Below are positions 10,218 through 18,858 of a DNA stretch of 64,000 nt, piece by piece. The translations under genes and the position numbers were made by a program. The notes under the pieces were generated by a model. It saw only the letters and a program-made list of their open reading frames with translations, was not told the origin of the DNA and made no database searches. Each line of letters begins with the position of its first letter. Positions within the stretch are counted from its first letter, which is position 1. This DNA comes from an uncultured Methanosarcinales archaeon (lineage in GTDB: Archaea > Nanobdellota > Nanobdellia > Woesearchaeales > GW2011-AR9), in NCBI GenBank assembly GCA_964552945.1, contig CAZKIP010000005.1, forward strand, positions 2,643-66,642, read 5' to 3'.

Positions 10218-10760
10218 TCACTTCTTCTTCATCAATCTTCTATCAATATGTCCCAAATTTCTTGCAGCTTGCACAATATACTCGGTAACACTTAGATTAT
10301 TACGACCATGCCTATCTGAACCATGAACTTTTAACAAAATCTCATCTTCAGGATAATAAACGCCATCTACAAAATCTATATCTGAATCAGAAATTCCTGC
10401 AGTCATAAATTTAAATCCAGGGATAAGGTTTACGAATTTTTTCCGAGGAATTTTTCCCTCTTCAGCAAGTTTCCTATAATTTCTAGCCTCTCGTTGATTA
10501 AATTCCACTTGACTTCTTAAATAATCATGAATCCTTTGTGCTGACAAAAAACAACTTTCATAACCACCTTTAATAAGAGAAGCACCCGGAACATCTTTCA
10601 GATCAACAATAATATAAGGCGGTCTTTCCACCTCTTTAATGTAAGCTAAACCTTCTCCATGTTCAAAATCTCTTACATCTAAACCCTGACTATGGGCAAT
10701 TGCATTAAAAAGAAACCTTGTTGCCGGATCATCATCAATAATTAGTAATTCCACTCCCAT
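10218..10760 (-). CDS. Receiver-domain-like (CheY-like) protein, function unknown
   Basis: N-terminal LLIIDDD ... IIVDLKD acidic-pocket pattern; C-terminal half unassigned. Confidence 0.3.
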   Translation of the reverse strand: MGVELLIIDDDPATRFLFNAIAHSQGLDVRDFEHGEGLAYIKEVERPPYIIVDLKDVPGASLIKGGYESCFLSAQRIHDYLRSQVEFNQREARNYRKLAEEGKIPRKKFVNLIPGFKFMTAGISDSDIDFVDGVYYPEDEILLKVHGSDRHGRNNLSVTEYIVQAARNLGHIDRRLMKKK

Positions 10761-10869
10761 GAGGAACTACTATGAAGTAATACTTATAAATCTTGTCTTA
10801 AAAAAATTCTTCTTCCATTTTAGTTATATTTTTAAACATTCACTACTTCTTATCGATAGAGGAAGATAG

Positions 10870-13089
10870 ATGGAAAAAGAAGAGTATCAGGATTTACTAG
10901 AAAAGTATAAAGATAGGATTAAAAAAGAGTTTGGTGAAGCAGCTACAAAACCAAGAAAAATCTCTTCAAGAGAATATGGAGAATTCAAAAAAGAGTTATA
11001 TCCATTACATTATTCATTCTATGAAAAAAGTTGTAATTTCTCTGAAGGCATCTTAAAAATAAAAGAAGATCCAAAAAAAGCCCTCAAGGTTCAACAAGAC
11101 TTAGAAGTCTCCCATTTAAACGTAACTCCCTCGGGAGTTCTTTCATTTTCTTTATTGGCAGGAATAATGACCATTATTTTGGGAGTTCTCTCAGCTTACG
11201 CAATTCCTCTTATCCTAAATATTGAACCCGTTCCTGCTTTAATTGTTGTAGCTTTAGTAGCAGGATTAGTTCTTTTGTTTGTTTTAAGAAAGATTCCTTC
11301 ATTTATGGCTAACACATGGCGGATGAAAGCTTCTAACCAAATGATTGAAAGTATTTTTTTAATGGTTACATATATGAGGCACACTTCAAATTTAGAAAGA
11401 GCAATCGAATTTGCCTCTGACCATTTAGAGCCCCCCCTTTCTTTAGATTTTAGAAAAATCATTTGGGATGTTGAAACTCAAAAATTCAGTAGTATCAAAG
11501 ATTCCGCCAATTCTTACATGGAAAAATGGAAAGAATGGGATAAAGATTTCATTGAAGCATTCCATTTAGTTGAATCATCACTTTTTGAAGGAGCGGAAGA
11601 AAGAAGATTAAGTTTGCTTGACAAAGCTCTGGAAGTAATTCTTAAAGGAACTTACGAAAACATGCTTCATTACGCTCACAATTTAAAATCACCAATGACC
11701 ATGCTCCATATGCTTGGAGTTATCCTACCGATTCTTGGTTTAGTTATTTTACCTTTAGTGGTAAGTTTCATGGTGGGAGACGCCAGCCCTATAATAATTA
11801 TAATTTACATCGCTCTACTCTATAATTTTATTCTCCCCGTATCAGTTTTCTTTTTGGGAAAAAGTATTCTTTCTAAAAGACCGGCAGGTTATGGTGCTGC
11901 TGATATCAGTAAAAAAGAAGGGCTCAAAAAGTTTCGTAATGTTTTAATTCCCCTTTCAAAAAAAGTATCCATTGGCATTAATCCTCTGTTTTTTGCCATC
12001 ACCTTATTGATAGTATGTTTAGCAATAGGATTTAGTCCTCTTATTTTACATCAAATTGATGCAGATTTTGAAATGGAAAGCAAGGATGGTTCCATAAAAC
12101 TTCAAGAATATATTTGTCCACCTTGTCAGCCAGGTTCTTTAGCAGGAAGTTGTGGTCCTTCTTGTACTGAAGAATTTAAAGTTGGCCCTTATGGTTTGGG
12201 AGCAGCACTACTTTCACTTCTTGTTACGGCAGGATTAGGGGCTTCCTTAGGGATGTATTTTGCTCTGAGATCTAAGAATGTAATTAAAATTAGAACCAAA
12301 ACAAAAGCTCTTGAAGATGAATTTTCTTCAGCCTTATTCCAATTAGGAAACAGATTGGGAGATGGTCTCCCCGCGGAGATTGCTTTCTCAAGGGTGGCGG
12401 GAACTATGAAAAATACCACTTCAGGAGAATTTTTTAACCTTACCTCAAGAAACATTACTAAATTGGGAATGGGTTTAAAAGAAGCAATTTTTAATCCGAA
12501 AGTGGGTTCCTTAGTTACTTTTCCTTCCAATGTTATTGAATCTTCAATGAAAGTATTGGTAGAAAGTGCGAAAAAAGGGCCTAGAATTGCCGCACAAGCT
12601 CTTCTTTCAATGTCTAGATACATCAAAGAGATACATCGAGTAGAAGAAAGGTTAAAAGATTTAATGGCTGATGTGATTGCCTCTATGAATTCTCAAGTTA
12701 AATTTCTTACTCCTGCAATTGCGGGAATTGTTATTGGGATTACTTCCATGATTTCTTCTATTCTTACAAGGTTAAGTACCCAATTAGGCCAATTTGGATC
12801 TTCAGCCGCAGATACTAGCGGTTTAGGAAATGTTCTATCGTCATTTGGAGTTGGAGTGCCTACTTTCTCTTTTCAAATAATTGTAGGGATTTATATTGTA
12901 CAAATTGCTTATATCTTAACAACCCTTAGCAATGGTATCCAAAATGGGGCTGATAAACTAGGAGAAAGATATGCTCTCGGAAAAAATCTAACAAGAAGTG
13001 CTCTATTATATTGCTTTATTGCGGGAGTAGTAATGATTCTATTCAACGTTTTTGCCAGCTCAGTATTAGGAGCAACCCTAATCAGATAA
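10870..13089 (+). CDS. Polytopic membrane protein, FlaJ/TadC-like type IV filament platform protein (tentative)
   Basis: ~9 TM helices arranged 2 TM / cytoplasmic domain / 4 TM / cytoplasmic domain / 3 TM, as in FlaJ; one Cys-rich external loop. Confidence 0.4.
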   Translation: MEKEEYQDLLEKYKDRIKKEFGEAATKPRKISSREYGEFKKELYPLHYSFYEKSCNFSEGILKIKEDPKKALKVQQDLEVSHLNVTPSGVLSFSLLAGIMTIILGVLSAYAIPLILNIEPVPALIVVALVAGLVLLFVLRKIPSFMANTWRMKASNQMIESIFLMVTYMRHTSNLERAIEFASDHLEPPLSLDFRKIIWDVETQKFSSIKDSANSYMEKWKEWDKDFIEAFHLVESSLFEGAEERRLSLLDKALEVILKGTYENMLHYAHNLKSPMTMLHMLGVILPILGLVILPLVVSFMVGDASPIIIIIYIALLYNFILPVSVFFLGKSILSKRPAGYGAADISKKEGLKKFRNVLIPLSKKVSIGINPLFFAITLLIVCLAIGFSPLILHQIDADFEMESKDGSIKLQEYICPPCQPGSLAGSCGPSCTEEFKVGPYGLGAALLSLLVTAGLGASLGMYFALRSKNVIKIRTKTKALEDEFSSALFQLGNRLGDGLPAEIAFSRVAGTMKNTTSGEFFNLTSRNITKLGMGLKEAIFNPKVGSLVTFPSNVIESSMKVLVESAKKGPRIAAQALLSMSRYIKEIHRVEERLKDLMADVIASMNSQVKFLTPAIAGIVIGITSMISSILTRLSTQLGQFGSSAADTSGLGNVLSSFGVGVPTFSFQIIVGIYIVQIAYILTTLSNGIQNGADKLGERYALGKNLTRSALLYCFIAGVVMILFNVFASSVLGATLIR

Positions 13090-13107
13090 TCCCTAATAAC
13101 TGAAAAA

Positions 13108-13115
13108 TTTATAAA
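13108..13115 (+). promoter_or_regulatory. TATA box for tRNA-Phe
   Basis: TTTATAAA 26 nt upstream of the tRNA 5' end. Confidence 0.45.
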
Positions 13116-13140
13116 GAAGCTACTTATTAGGTTCTCTGTC

Positions 13141-13280
13141 GGGACTGTAGCTCAGACTGGGACGCAAGAATTGTAAAAAGCCAATTCTAGTGCAGTAAAG
13201 AGCGCCAGACTGAAGCAAAGTGATTTCGATTACTTTTTGCAGATATCTGGATGTCCAGGGTTCAAATCCCTGCAGTCCCA
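13141..13280 (+). tRNA. tRNA-Phe (GAA) with two introns (D-loop ~13163-13199, canonical 37/38 ~13216-13244)
   Basis: Acceptor GGGACTG/CAGTCCC, D-stem GCTC/GAGC, anticodon stem CCAGA/TCTGG with loop CTGAAG|A, T-arm CAGGG-TTCAAAT-CCCTG; mature length 74 nt after removing 37-nt and 29-nt inserts. Confidence 0.75.
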
Positions 13281-13353
13281 TATTTTCTTAAAAATTCAAC
13301 CTCACCATTAGAAGTTAACTTTATATACTTTAAATAATTCTTTAGAAGGGCAT

Positions 13354-14097
13354 ATGGCAAAAAAAAAGAGGAAAGTACAAAAAAGAAGAGTGGTTAAAAA
13401 GCAAGTTAAAAAGCGATCCACTATACAAAATAAATCTTTCTGGTTAGTTATGGGAGTTGTTTTTGCTATGTCCATTGCTGCTGTTTTTATCGCTTCTAAT
13501 GGATTTCCATTAACTGGTAACGCAATTCAACCATTATCTTTTGTCAAAGGTGGAACTTCCATGATGATGGAGTTTAAAGGAATTCAAAGTATGAAGAATG
13601 CTGAAGTTTTTTTTGGAGAAACAATAAAAGGAAGTAATATAGCTTTCAATGAAGATCAAACAATTTCTTTTGATGGTGTTGCTTATGCAAAAATTAAAGG
13701 AGAATCTCCAGATGCAGATAAGATTTCTTCAATAAATTTCAATTTAAAAATTGAAAAAAATAAACTTCTTGGCTTGGGAATTTCCAAAGAAGAATTACAT
13801 TTATACAACAATGGAAAAGAACTTCAAACAACGCTTAGTCATGAAGCTGGTGAATTTCTTTATTACACTGCCACAAGCAATGGATTAGGAGACTTTGTAG
13901 TTGGGAAAATGGAAGGGAAGGTAATGATGCCAGAAGTGGAAGAGGAAAAAGTAATGGCTAAAGAAGAAATTAAAGAAATTGAAGAGCCAGTTACTCAAAA
14001 ACCTGCTGAAGTAAAGAAAGAAGTGGTTGTTAAAGAAGAGGAAGAAGAAGGAGCATTTTCTAAGTTTGTATCTTTTTTCAAAAATATTTTTAATTGA
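13354..14097 (+). CDS. Single-pass membrane protein with Lys-rich N-terminus and acidic C-terminal tail
   Basis: MAKKKRKVQKRR basic N-terminus, one TM helix, extracellular domain, EEEEEG tail. Confidence 0.4.
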   Translation: MAKKKRKVQKRRVVKKQVKKRSTIQNKSFWLVMGVVFAMSIAAVFIASNGFPLTGNAIQPLSFVKGGTSMMMEFKGIQSMKNAEVFFGETIKGSNIAFNEDQTISFDGVAYAKIKGESPDADKISSINFNLKIEKNKLLGLGISKEELHLYNNGKELQTTLSHEAGEFLYYTATSNGLGDFVVGKMEGKVMMPEVEEEKVMAKEEIKEIEEPVTQKPAEVKKEVVVKEEEEEGAFSKFVSFFKNIFN

Positions 14098-14175
14098 TTT
14101 TTAAACTTTTTATTTTAACTAATTTTTTGAAAACTTGTTTTTGAACTTGAAAAAATAAAAAAAAATAAAAAAGAA

Positions 14176-14376
14176 TTAGTAACCCCTACAACCCGTGCAA
14201 TAATATCTGTTAGCATTCTCAACTACAATTCGATTACCACAGCCTTTGCAACAACGTTGAATTTTAAACTTCTTCACCTCTTGAAAAACGTGTTGTTTCA
14301 GTTTTATCACCTTCTCTTTTTTTAAGATGGTCTGGAAAATTTGTTTTCCTTTACCTTCTTTTTTTGAAAGTTTCAA
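14176..14376 (-). CDS. Putative ribosomal protein S27ae (eS31) zinc-ribbon protein
   Basis: C-terminal CKGCGNRI...RYYCTGCRGY matches the S27ae CxxC...YCGKCGYT zinc ribbon; N-terminal extent uncertain. Confidence 0.45.
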   Translation of the reverse strand: MKLSKKEGKGKQIFQTILKKEKVIKLKQHVFQEVKKFKIQRCCKGCGNRIVVENANRYYCTGCRGY

Positions 14377-14554
14377 GAATTAATTTCCATCCACCTTCCT
14401 TTTTTTTAGTCCTAGAAAAACACCTTAATTTAAACCGAAGTAAAACTAGTATATATACTTTTTGCTGTTTATGAGATAAAACTCCTTCTTTTTACAAAAA
14501 AATTAAAAATCATAATTAAGAAAAAATTAAAAAAACAAAAAAAAATTAAACACT

Positions 14555-15175
14555 TTAAAGAAAAAATATAAAGTATCCGCCGAAGGCAACCATCGCCGTC
14601 CAGACGTAAGGGTTCCATTGAAATATTTTTATTCCATCAAAATTTCCAAAAGGAATCATGTTAAATAACCCTAACCAAAAATTAATTGTGAAACCAATTG
14701 AAAAAGCCATTGTGTAAGCGGGAAATAAATAACCTAAAAAAAGAAAAACAATTCCTAAAACGAAATTAACAAGTGGTCCTGCTGCACTAATAATCCCATT
14801 TTCTCTTCTGGTAATTCTTCCTGAAATCATAACTGCTCCTGGTGCAGCAAAAATAAAACCAACAATTGCAGCTAACCCTAACGCAAGCATTAACATTTGA
14901 TCAAACGCTCTAAATTCGGCTACACAACCATATTTTTGTGCAACAAACTTGTGACCTAACTCATGAAAAAGAAAACCAATTCCTGCGGTAAATAAAGAAA
15001 TTAAAAAAATAAATAAAAATCTATAAGAAAAAATTTGTGTGAAATTTGGAGATAACAATTTTACTCCAGAAAGAACAAATGCAAAAGCTAAAGATAATAC
15101 TAACCATGCTTTAACAATATCTTTCAACTCAAAAGTAGAAGTATTAATCTTCCAAAATTTAATTATCTTGTTCAT
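14555..15175 (-). CDS. M50-family (site-2 protease-like) membrane zinc metalloprotease
   Basis: FHELGHKF HExxH motif in a TM helix plus a downstream NFDGIKIF (LDG-like) motif; multi-TM. Confidence 0.65.
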   Translation of the reverse strand: MNKIIKFWKINTSTFELKDIVKAWLVLSLAFAFVLSGVKLLSPNFTQIFSYRFLFIFLISLFTAGIGFLFHELGHKFVAQKYGCVAEFRAFDQMLMLALGLAAIVGFIFAAPGAVMISGRITRRENGIISAAGPLVNFVLGIVFLFLGYLFPAYTMAFSIGFTINFWLGLFNMIPFGNFDGIKIFQWNPYVWTAMVAFGGYFIFFL

Positions 15176-15491
15176 TATTTTCCTCAGAATCTATTTCAAC
15201 ATCTTCATTCTGTTCTTTATTTTTGTCACTTTCTTCATTATTACCCTCACTTTCATTATTCTCTTTGTTTTCTTTATCTTCACCACTTTCTTTATTTTCT
15301 TCTATCTCAATCTCTTGTGGTGCAAGCTGTTTTCCAACAAATTCTTTTAATTGTTGTGCTTCTTCTTCAACATTTACCAATAAAGCAAGGTCTCCAAACT
15401 CTTCTAAAGCACAATCTTCGCAATAATATTCAGAAGTGTTTTTAATTTTAAATTTAGCTTCTTCACTACACTCAATACATTTTTTAGCCAT
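15159..15491 (-). CDS. Zinc-ribbon protein with hyper-acidic C-terminal tail
   Basis: CIECSEE...YYCEDCALEE zinc ribbon followed by ~50 aa Glu/Asp/Asn-rich tail. Confidence 0.4.
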   Translation of the reverse strand: MAKKCIECSEEAKFKIKNTSEYYCEDCALEEFGDLALLVNVEEEAQQLKEFVGKQLAPQEIEIEENKESGEDKENKENNESEGNNEESDKNKEQNEDVEIDSEENNEQDN

Positions 15492-15538
15492 GAACTTGAT
15501 TACAGGAGGTGGTTATTTAAAAATTTTGTTGAAATTTA

Positions 15539-16234
15539 TTATTTGGAGAGTAAAACTTCTTTCAATTCCTCTACTTCATGGTCGGTCATTGCACAACCAT
15601 TATATTTTGCAGTCCAAAGTAATGAATCAACTAAAACTCTTCTTCCGTTAGTTTTTGGTGGGATGTATGAATTAAATAAACCCAGTTTATAAGCCACGCC
15701 AAGAAGTTCTACAGAACGAATTATTGAAATGCCTTTTAATTCTTTACTAAATTTATCTAAATTTGCTTTGTCAACTTCAATTTTACGATGAAATCTTCTT
15801 TTTAGAAGAGATTTTACTTCTCTATTATCTTCAATAAGTAACCTTAAAGTTCTCTCATCCATAACAATCGCAGAATCTTTTTCTTTCAAAACAGAAGTCA
15901 CCGATTCAATTTCACCAGCTTGAATAACGTCCATTGATTTGTTTCCTACACGAAAAGAACGATTAGCTAACTTTTTTAAATCTGTAGATTTGTCTTTAGG
16001 AACATCATTGTAAACCTCAATTGTTCCCTCTTTGATAAGTTTCATAACTTGTAAAGCTTCAAACTTAAATCTCTTTATGTTAAGTGGCCTGTCAACCAAT
16101 TCAAATTTTACAGAAGGAGTAATATAAAAATTTCCCCCAAATTTCTTTTTTAATTCTGGAAGAATCCAAGTTAACCCTGAAAGAACTAAAGTAATAATTG
16201 GTCCAGCATCAAAAAATAATTTTCTTTGTTCCAT
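15539..16234 (-). CDS. Hypothetical protein (possible PIN-like fold)
   Basis: N-terminal FFDAGPII acidic motif reminiscent of PIN domains; otherwise unassigned. Confidence 0.25.
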   Translation of the reverse strand: MEQRKLFFDAGPIITLVLSGLTWILPELKKKFGGNFYITPSVKFELVDRPLNIKRFKFEALQVMKLIKEGTIEVYNDVPKDKSTDLKKLANRSFRVGNKSMDVIQAGEIESVTSVLKEKDSAIVMDERTLRLLIEDNREVKSLLKRRFHRKIEVDKANLDKFSKELKGISIIRSVELLGVAYKLGLFNSYIPPKTNGRRVLVDSLLWTAKYNGCAMTDHEVEELKEVLLSK

Positions 16235-16299
16235 TTTAGTTGTTTACCTCTAAAATGGTGCTAAAAATCTCTGATTTGTTATGTTCCATTTTAGTTGTT

Positions 16300-16857
16300 T
16301 TAATTAATTCCAAATATTTTCAAGGCATTTGATAGTCGAGTTTTAGCTGAAACTTTTTCATGATGTCCAGCTAAATAGGGTGTTTTACTAGCATATTCCT
16401 GTAAATCCCAATTTGATAATCCCATTAAACCTGCAGCTTGACCAATTGAAAGGCCTCTTTGAAGAAGAACTGTTCCTTTTTTGATTCTTGCTGCTTGCAT
16501 TACATCTTGAAGATGTTCATTTATTTTTGCATTACATCCTTTGACAATTGAAAAAATGTTTCTTACATTTTGATTATAATTTCTAAATTTACTATTTGCA
16601 AGAGCATTTCTAGCTCCTTTTAATTTTTTCAAAATTTCTTGATAAGAATCTGGTTGTAAACAAGAAACTACTTTATAGATAGAATAAATCATAACAGTAA
16701 TAGAGATTAATTCTAAATCTTTGTATAACGCAACATCTTCAATGGCACGGTTACTTATTTTTTTCAATTCTTCTATGTCTTCTGATTCCCTTTTTTCTAG
16801 AGTCTTAATTACCAAATCAAAACTTTGAAGAATCTTCTTTCTAATAACCTCTTTCAT
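16300..16857 (-). CDS. Hypothetical protein with HTH-like segment
   Basis: 185-aa ORF; LSIGQAAGLMGLSNWDL helix-turn-helix-like stretch. Confidence 0.25.
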   Translation of the reverse strand: MKEVIRKKILQSFDLVIKTLEKRESEDIEELKKISNRAIEDVALYKDLELISITVMIYSIYKVVSCLQPDSYQEILKKLKGARNALANSKFRNYNQNVRNIFSIVKGCNAKINEHLQDVMQAARIKKGTVLLQRGLSIGQAAGLMGLSNWDLQEYASKTPYLAGHHEKVSAKTRLSNALKIFGIN

Positions 16858-16955
16858 TTTATTAAGTAAGAGGTTAGGTTTTATTAAAGTTTTGGATGTA
16901 CAAATTTGTTAAATAGTTAAATATTTAAATCAGTTCTCTTAAAGTAAAGTCAAAT

Positions 16956-17059
16956 GGGCCTGTGGTGTAATCCGGTAGCGCGTCCGGCTGGCAGCCGGGA
17001 TGTTTCGGGATATTATGAGGTAAACTCTAAATACGAAAATTCAAATCCCGACAGGTCCA
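16956..17059 (+). tRNA. tRNA-Ala (GGC) with ~30-nt intron in the T-arm
   Basis: Acceptor GGGCCTG/CAGGTCC with G3:U70, D-arm GTGT/GCGC, anticodon stem TCCGG/CCGGG with loop CTGGCAG, TCGGG + insert + TTCAAAT CCCGA; TATA (TTAAATATTTAAAT) ~30 nt upstream. Confidence 0.7.
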
Positions 17060-17094
17060 TACCATTTTATATAGTTTAAAATATTCTTAACGAC

Positions 17095-17586
17095 ATGGGT
17101 CTAGCTGTTACACATGTCATTATTACAATTGTTATTCTAGATTTATTTCGTCATTATGTTTTTGGTAAACAAAAGTTCCCACGTTACCTCCTAGTTATTG
17201 GAGGAATTGCTGGTTTATTTCCAGATATAGATATTCCAATTGGTTGGATGATGACTTTATTTACTGGAACCCAAATAACACTCCACAGAATTTTTACCCA
17301 TAGTTTCATTTTCCCTTTATTATTTTTAATCATAGCCATTGTTCTTCATTATAACAAAAATCATAAATGGGGAAGAATTGGTTATGTTATTGCAGCAGGA
17401 TGGACTTTACACATTATTTTTGATTGCATTTATGGGGGATATCTTCCTCTGGTATGGCCTTTTGATTTGATTACTTCATGTCCTTCTTGGGGTTTAATGA
17501 AATTCAGTGAGGGAATAGATGCAATTATTCTAGTTCTTTGGTTAGCTCATGAAGAAATTCATAACAAAATTAGAGATTATATTTAG
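17095..17586 (+). CDS. Membrane-bound metal-dependent hydrolase-like protein (DUF457-like)
   Basis: Small polytopic protein with conserved His residues (HVIITI, HRIFTHS). Confidence 0.4.
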   Translation: MGLAVTHVIITIVILDLFRHYVFGKQKFPRYLLVIGGIAGLFPDIDIPIGWMMTLFTGTQITLHRIFTHSFIFPLLFLIIAIVLHYNKNHKWGRIGYVIAAGWTLHIIFDCIYGGYLPLVWPFDLITSCPSWGLMKFSEGIDAIILVLWLAHEEIHNKIRDYI

Positions 17587-17599
17587 AATTTTTTAAAAA

Positions 17600-17713
17600 C
17601 GGGGCCGCCGCGATTTGAACACGGGTTCCACGACCCCCAGCCGTGGGTGATATCTCTCACGAGAAACTCTGAATAAAAAAGTTTCCTCGCTCCAAGCTAC
17701 ACTACGGCCCCAT
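17600..17713 (-). tRNA. tRNA-Pro (GGG) with ~38-nt intron in the D-arm region
   Basis: Minus-strand read: acceptor GGGGCCG/CGGCCCC, anticodon stem CACGG/TCGTG with loop CTGGGGG, T-arm CCGTG-TTCAAAT-CGCGG, oligo-T after the 3' end; a large insert with a GGAAAC/GTTTCT hairpin interrupts the D-arm. Confidence 0.6.
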
Positions 17714-17765
17714 CGAAGAAACTTTTTTAATCTGCTATAAATAATTTACTACTCAAAATTATTTG

Positions 17766-17830
17766 TAGAAACCCTCTTTTTCTTTTGTATTAGGGCCCCA
17801 CGAGCAATAAGAGGTGCCGGAGGGTTTCTA
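17766..17830. repeat. 11-bp perfect inverted repeat (TAGAAACCCTC ... GAGGGTTTCTA) enclosing a 43-nt GC-containing loop
   Basis: Read directly; lies between tRNA-Pro and the 3' end of the downstream membrane-protein gene. Confidence 0.5.
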
Positions 17831-17836
17831 AAAAGC

Positions 17837-18424
17837 CTACTCAAAATATTTCAACAATCTTTCTGGATGGTATTTAGTGAGAAGGAAATCTGCAAAAATT
17901 GATAACAATAACCAATAAAAAATGTGAAGAAGGTCTGTATGTCCTAAAATGTTAAGATAATTGTTTGAATAATCCCATAAAGTTAAATTAAAAACGGAAA
18001 CAGAAAGAAACCCTCCTAAAAACTCTAATGAACCTAAACAAAAAGTATAAAATGCTAATTTCTTCCACATGCTTGAAACGTTTAGATGAATTAAATAAAT
18101 AATTACCATTCCAAAACCATAGATGGGAAGAAAAGGAATAAAAATATTAAAGATTTCACTTAAAAAACTCACATAAATCAATCCTTGACCTGTAAAAGAT
18201 CTGTAAGCACTATCAATTATAAAACCAAACAGGCCGCCAACAAAAAACAATAAAACACCAGTCTCTAAAATCTTTTTCATAAGACTAGAATTTTTCATTG
18301 GTTTATTAATTCTTCCACTTGATACTACAACCCATACTTGGATTTTCCGATAAAGAAATAGAACCAGAAGATAAAAATCCCTCAATAGCAGAGTACAACT
18401 CATGTTTCCCTTTCTTCTCTCCAT
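17837..18424 (-). CDS. Membrane protein (likely true start at internal Met ~18298)
   Basis: 4-5 hydrophobic helices; N-terminal 42 aa of the ORF overlap the upstream redoxin gene. Confidence 0.4.
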   Translation of the reverse strand: MERRKGNMSCTLLLRDFYLLVLFLYRKIQVWVVVSSGRINKPMKNSSLMKKILETGVLLFFVGGLFGFIIDSAYRSFTGQGLIYVSFLSEIFNIFIPFLPIYGFGMVIIYLIHLNVSSMWKKLAFYTFCLGSLEFLGGFLSVSVFNLTLWDYSNNYLNILGHTDLLHIFYWLLLSIFADFLLTKYHPERLLKYFE

Positions 18425-18857
18425 GAGTGTCGTCTATCCTAGAATGGAAGATTAATTTAAGTTCAGAATCAAACAAAAAAGGGTCAGGAGTGCAAACAGC
18501 ACCATATTCCTCAGCAATTTCTTGAGACTCATCGTGAAGATAGTAAAAATCAATTTCCCATTCATCAAAATATTCTTGCATTTTCTCATAAGAATCTTCG
18601 GGGTAATTTTCTGATTCGTTTGAATTTATCCCAATCACAGAGAGACCTTTTTGTTTGAAATCATCTACAATCCTTTTTATTTCCTCCATTTTAGGGATTA
18701 CATAAGGACAATGATTACACATGAATATGATTAATGTAGCTTTTTCTCCTTTGATATCTTGTAGAGAATGAAATGCTCCGTCCGTACCTATTAGAGAGAA
18801 ATCTGGTGCTTCATCACCATGTTTCATCTTTTTATAATCTGATCCTAATAATACCAT
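18306..18857 (-). CDS. Thioredoxin-fold thiol-disulfide oxidoreductase (redoxin/TlpA-like); ORF-track start 18989 trimmed
   Basis: FMCNHCPYV CxxC active site in thioredoxin-fold context (DFSLIGTDG...LIIFM); long ORF N-terminus overlaps the NUDIX gene, so start placed at Met ~18857. Confidence 0.6.
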   Translation of the reverse strand: MVLLGSDYKKMKHGDEAPDFSLIGTDGAFHSLQDIKGEKATLIIFMCNHCPYVIPKMEEIKRIVDDFKQKGLSVIGINSNESENYPEDSYEKMQEYFDEWEIDFYYLHDESQEIAEEYGAVCTPDPFLFDSELKLIFHSRIDDTHGEKKGKHELYSAIEGFLSSGSISLSENPSMGCSIKWKN

Positions 18858-18858
18858 T

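Noticed and set aside
10870-13089. Calling the 739-aa membrane protein flaJ outright
   Set aside because: The topology fits, but there is an atypical Cys-rich external loop and no adjacent flaI/H or pilin genes. Kept as tentative with reduced confidence and no gene symbol.
15039-15426. ORFs 15039-15350 and 15223-15426 (Phe/Ile-rich and Ser/Leu-rich)
   Set aside because: Antisense to the acidic-tail Zn-ribbon gene and the M50 protease gene. Low-complexity mirror translations.
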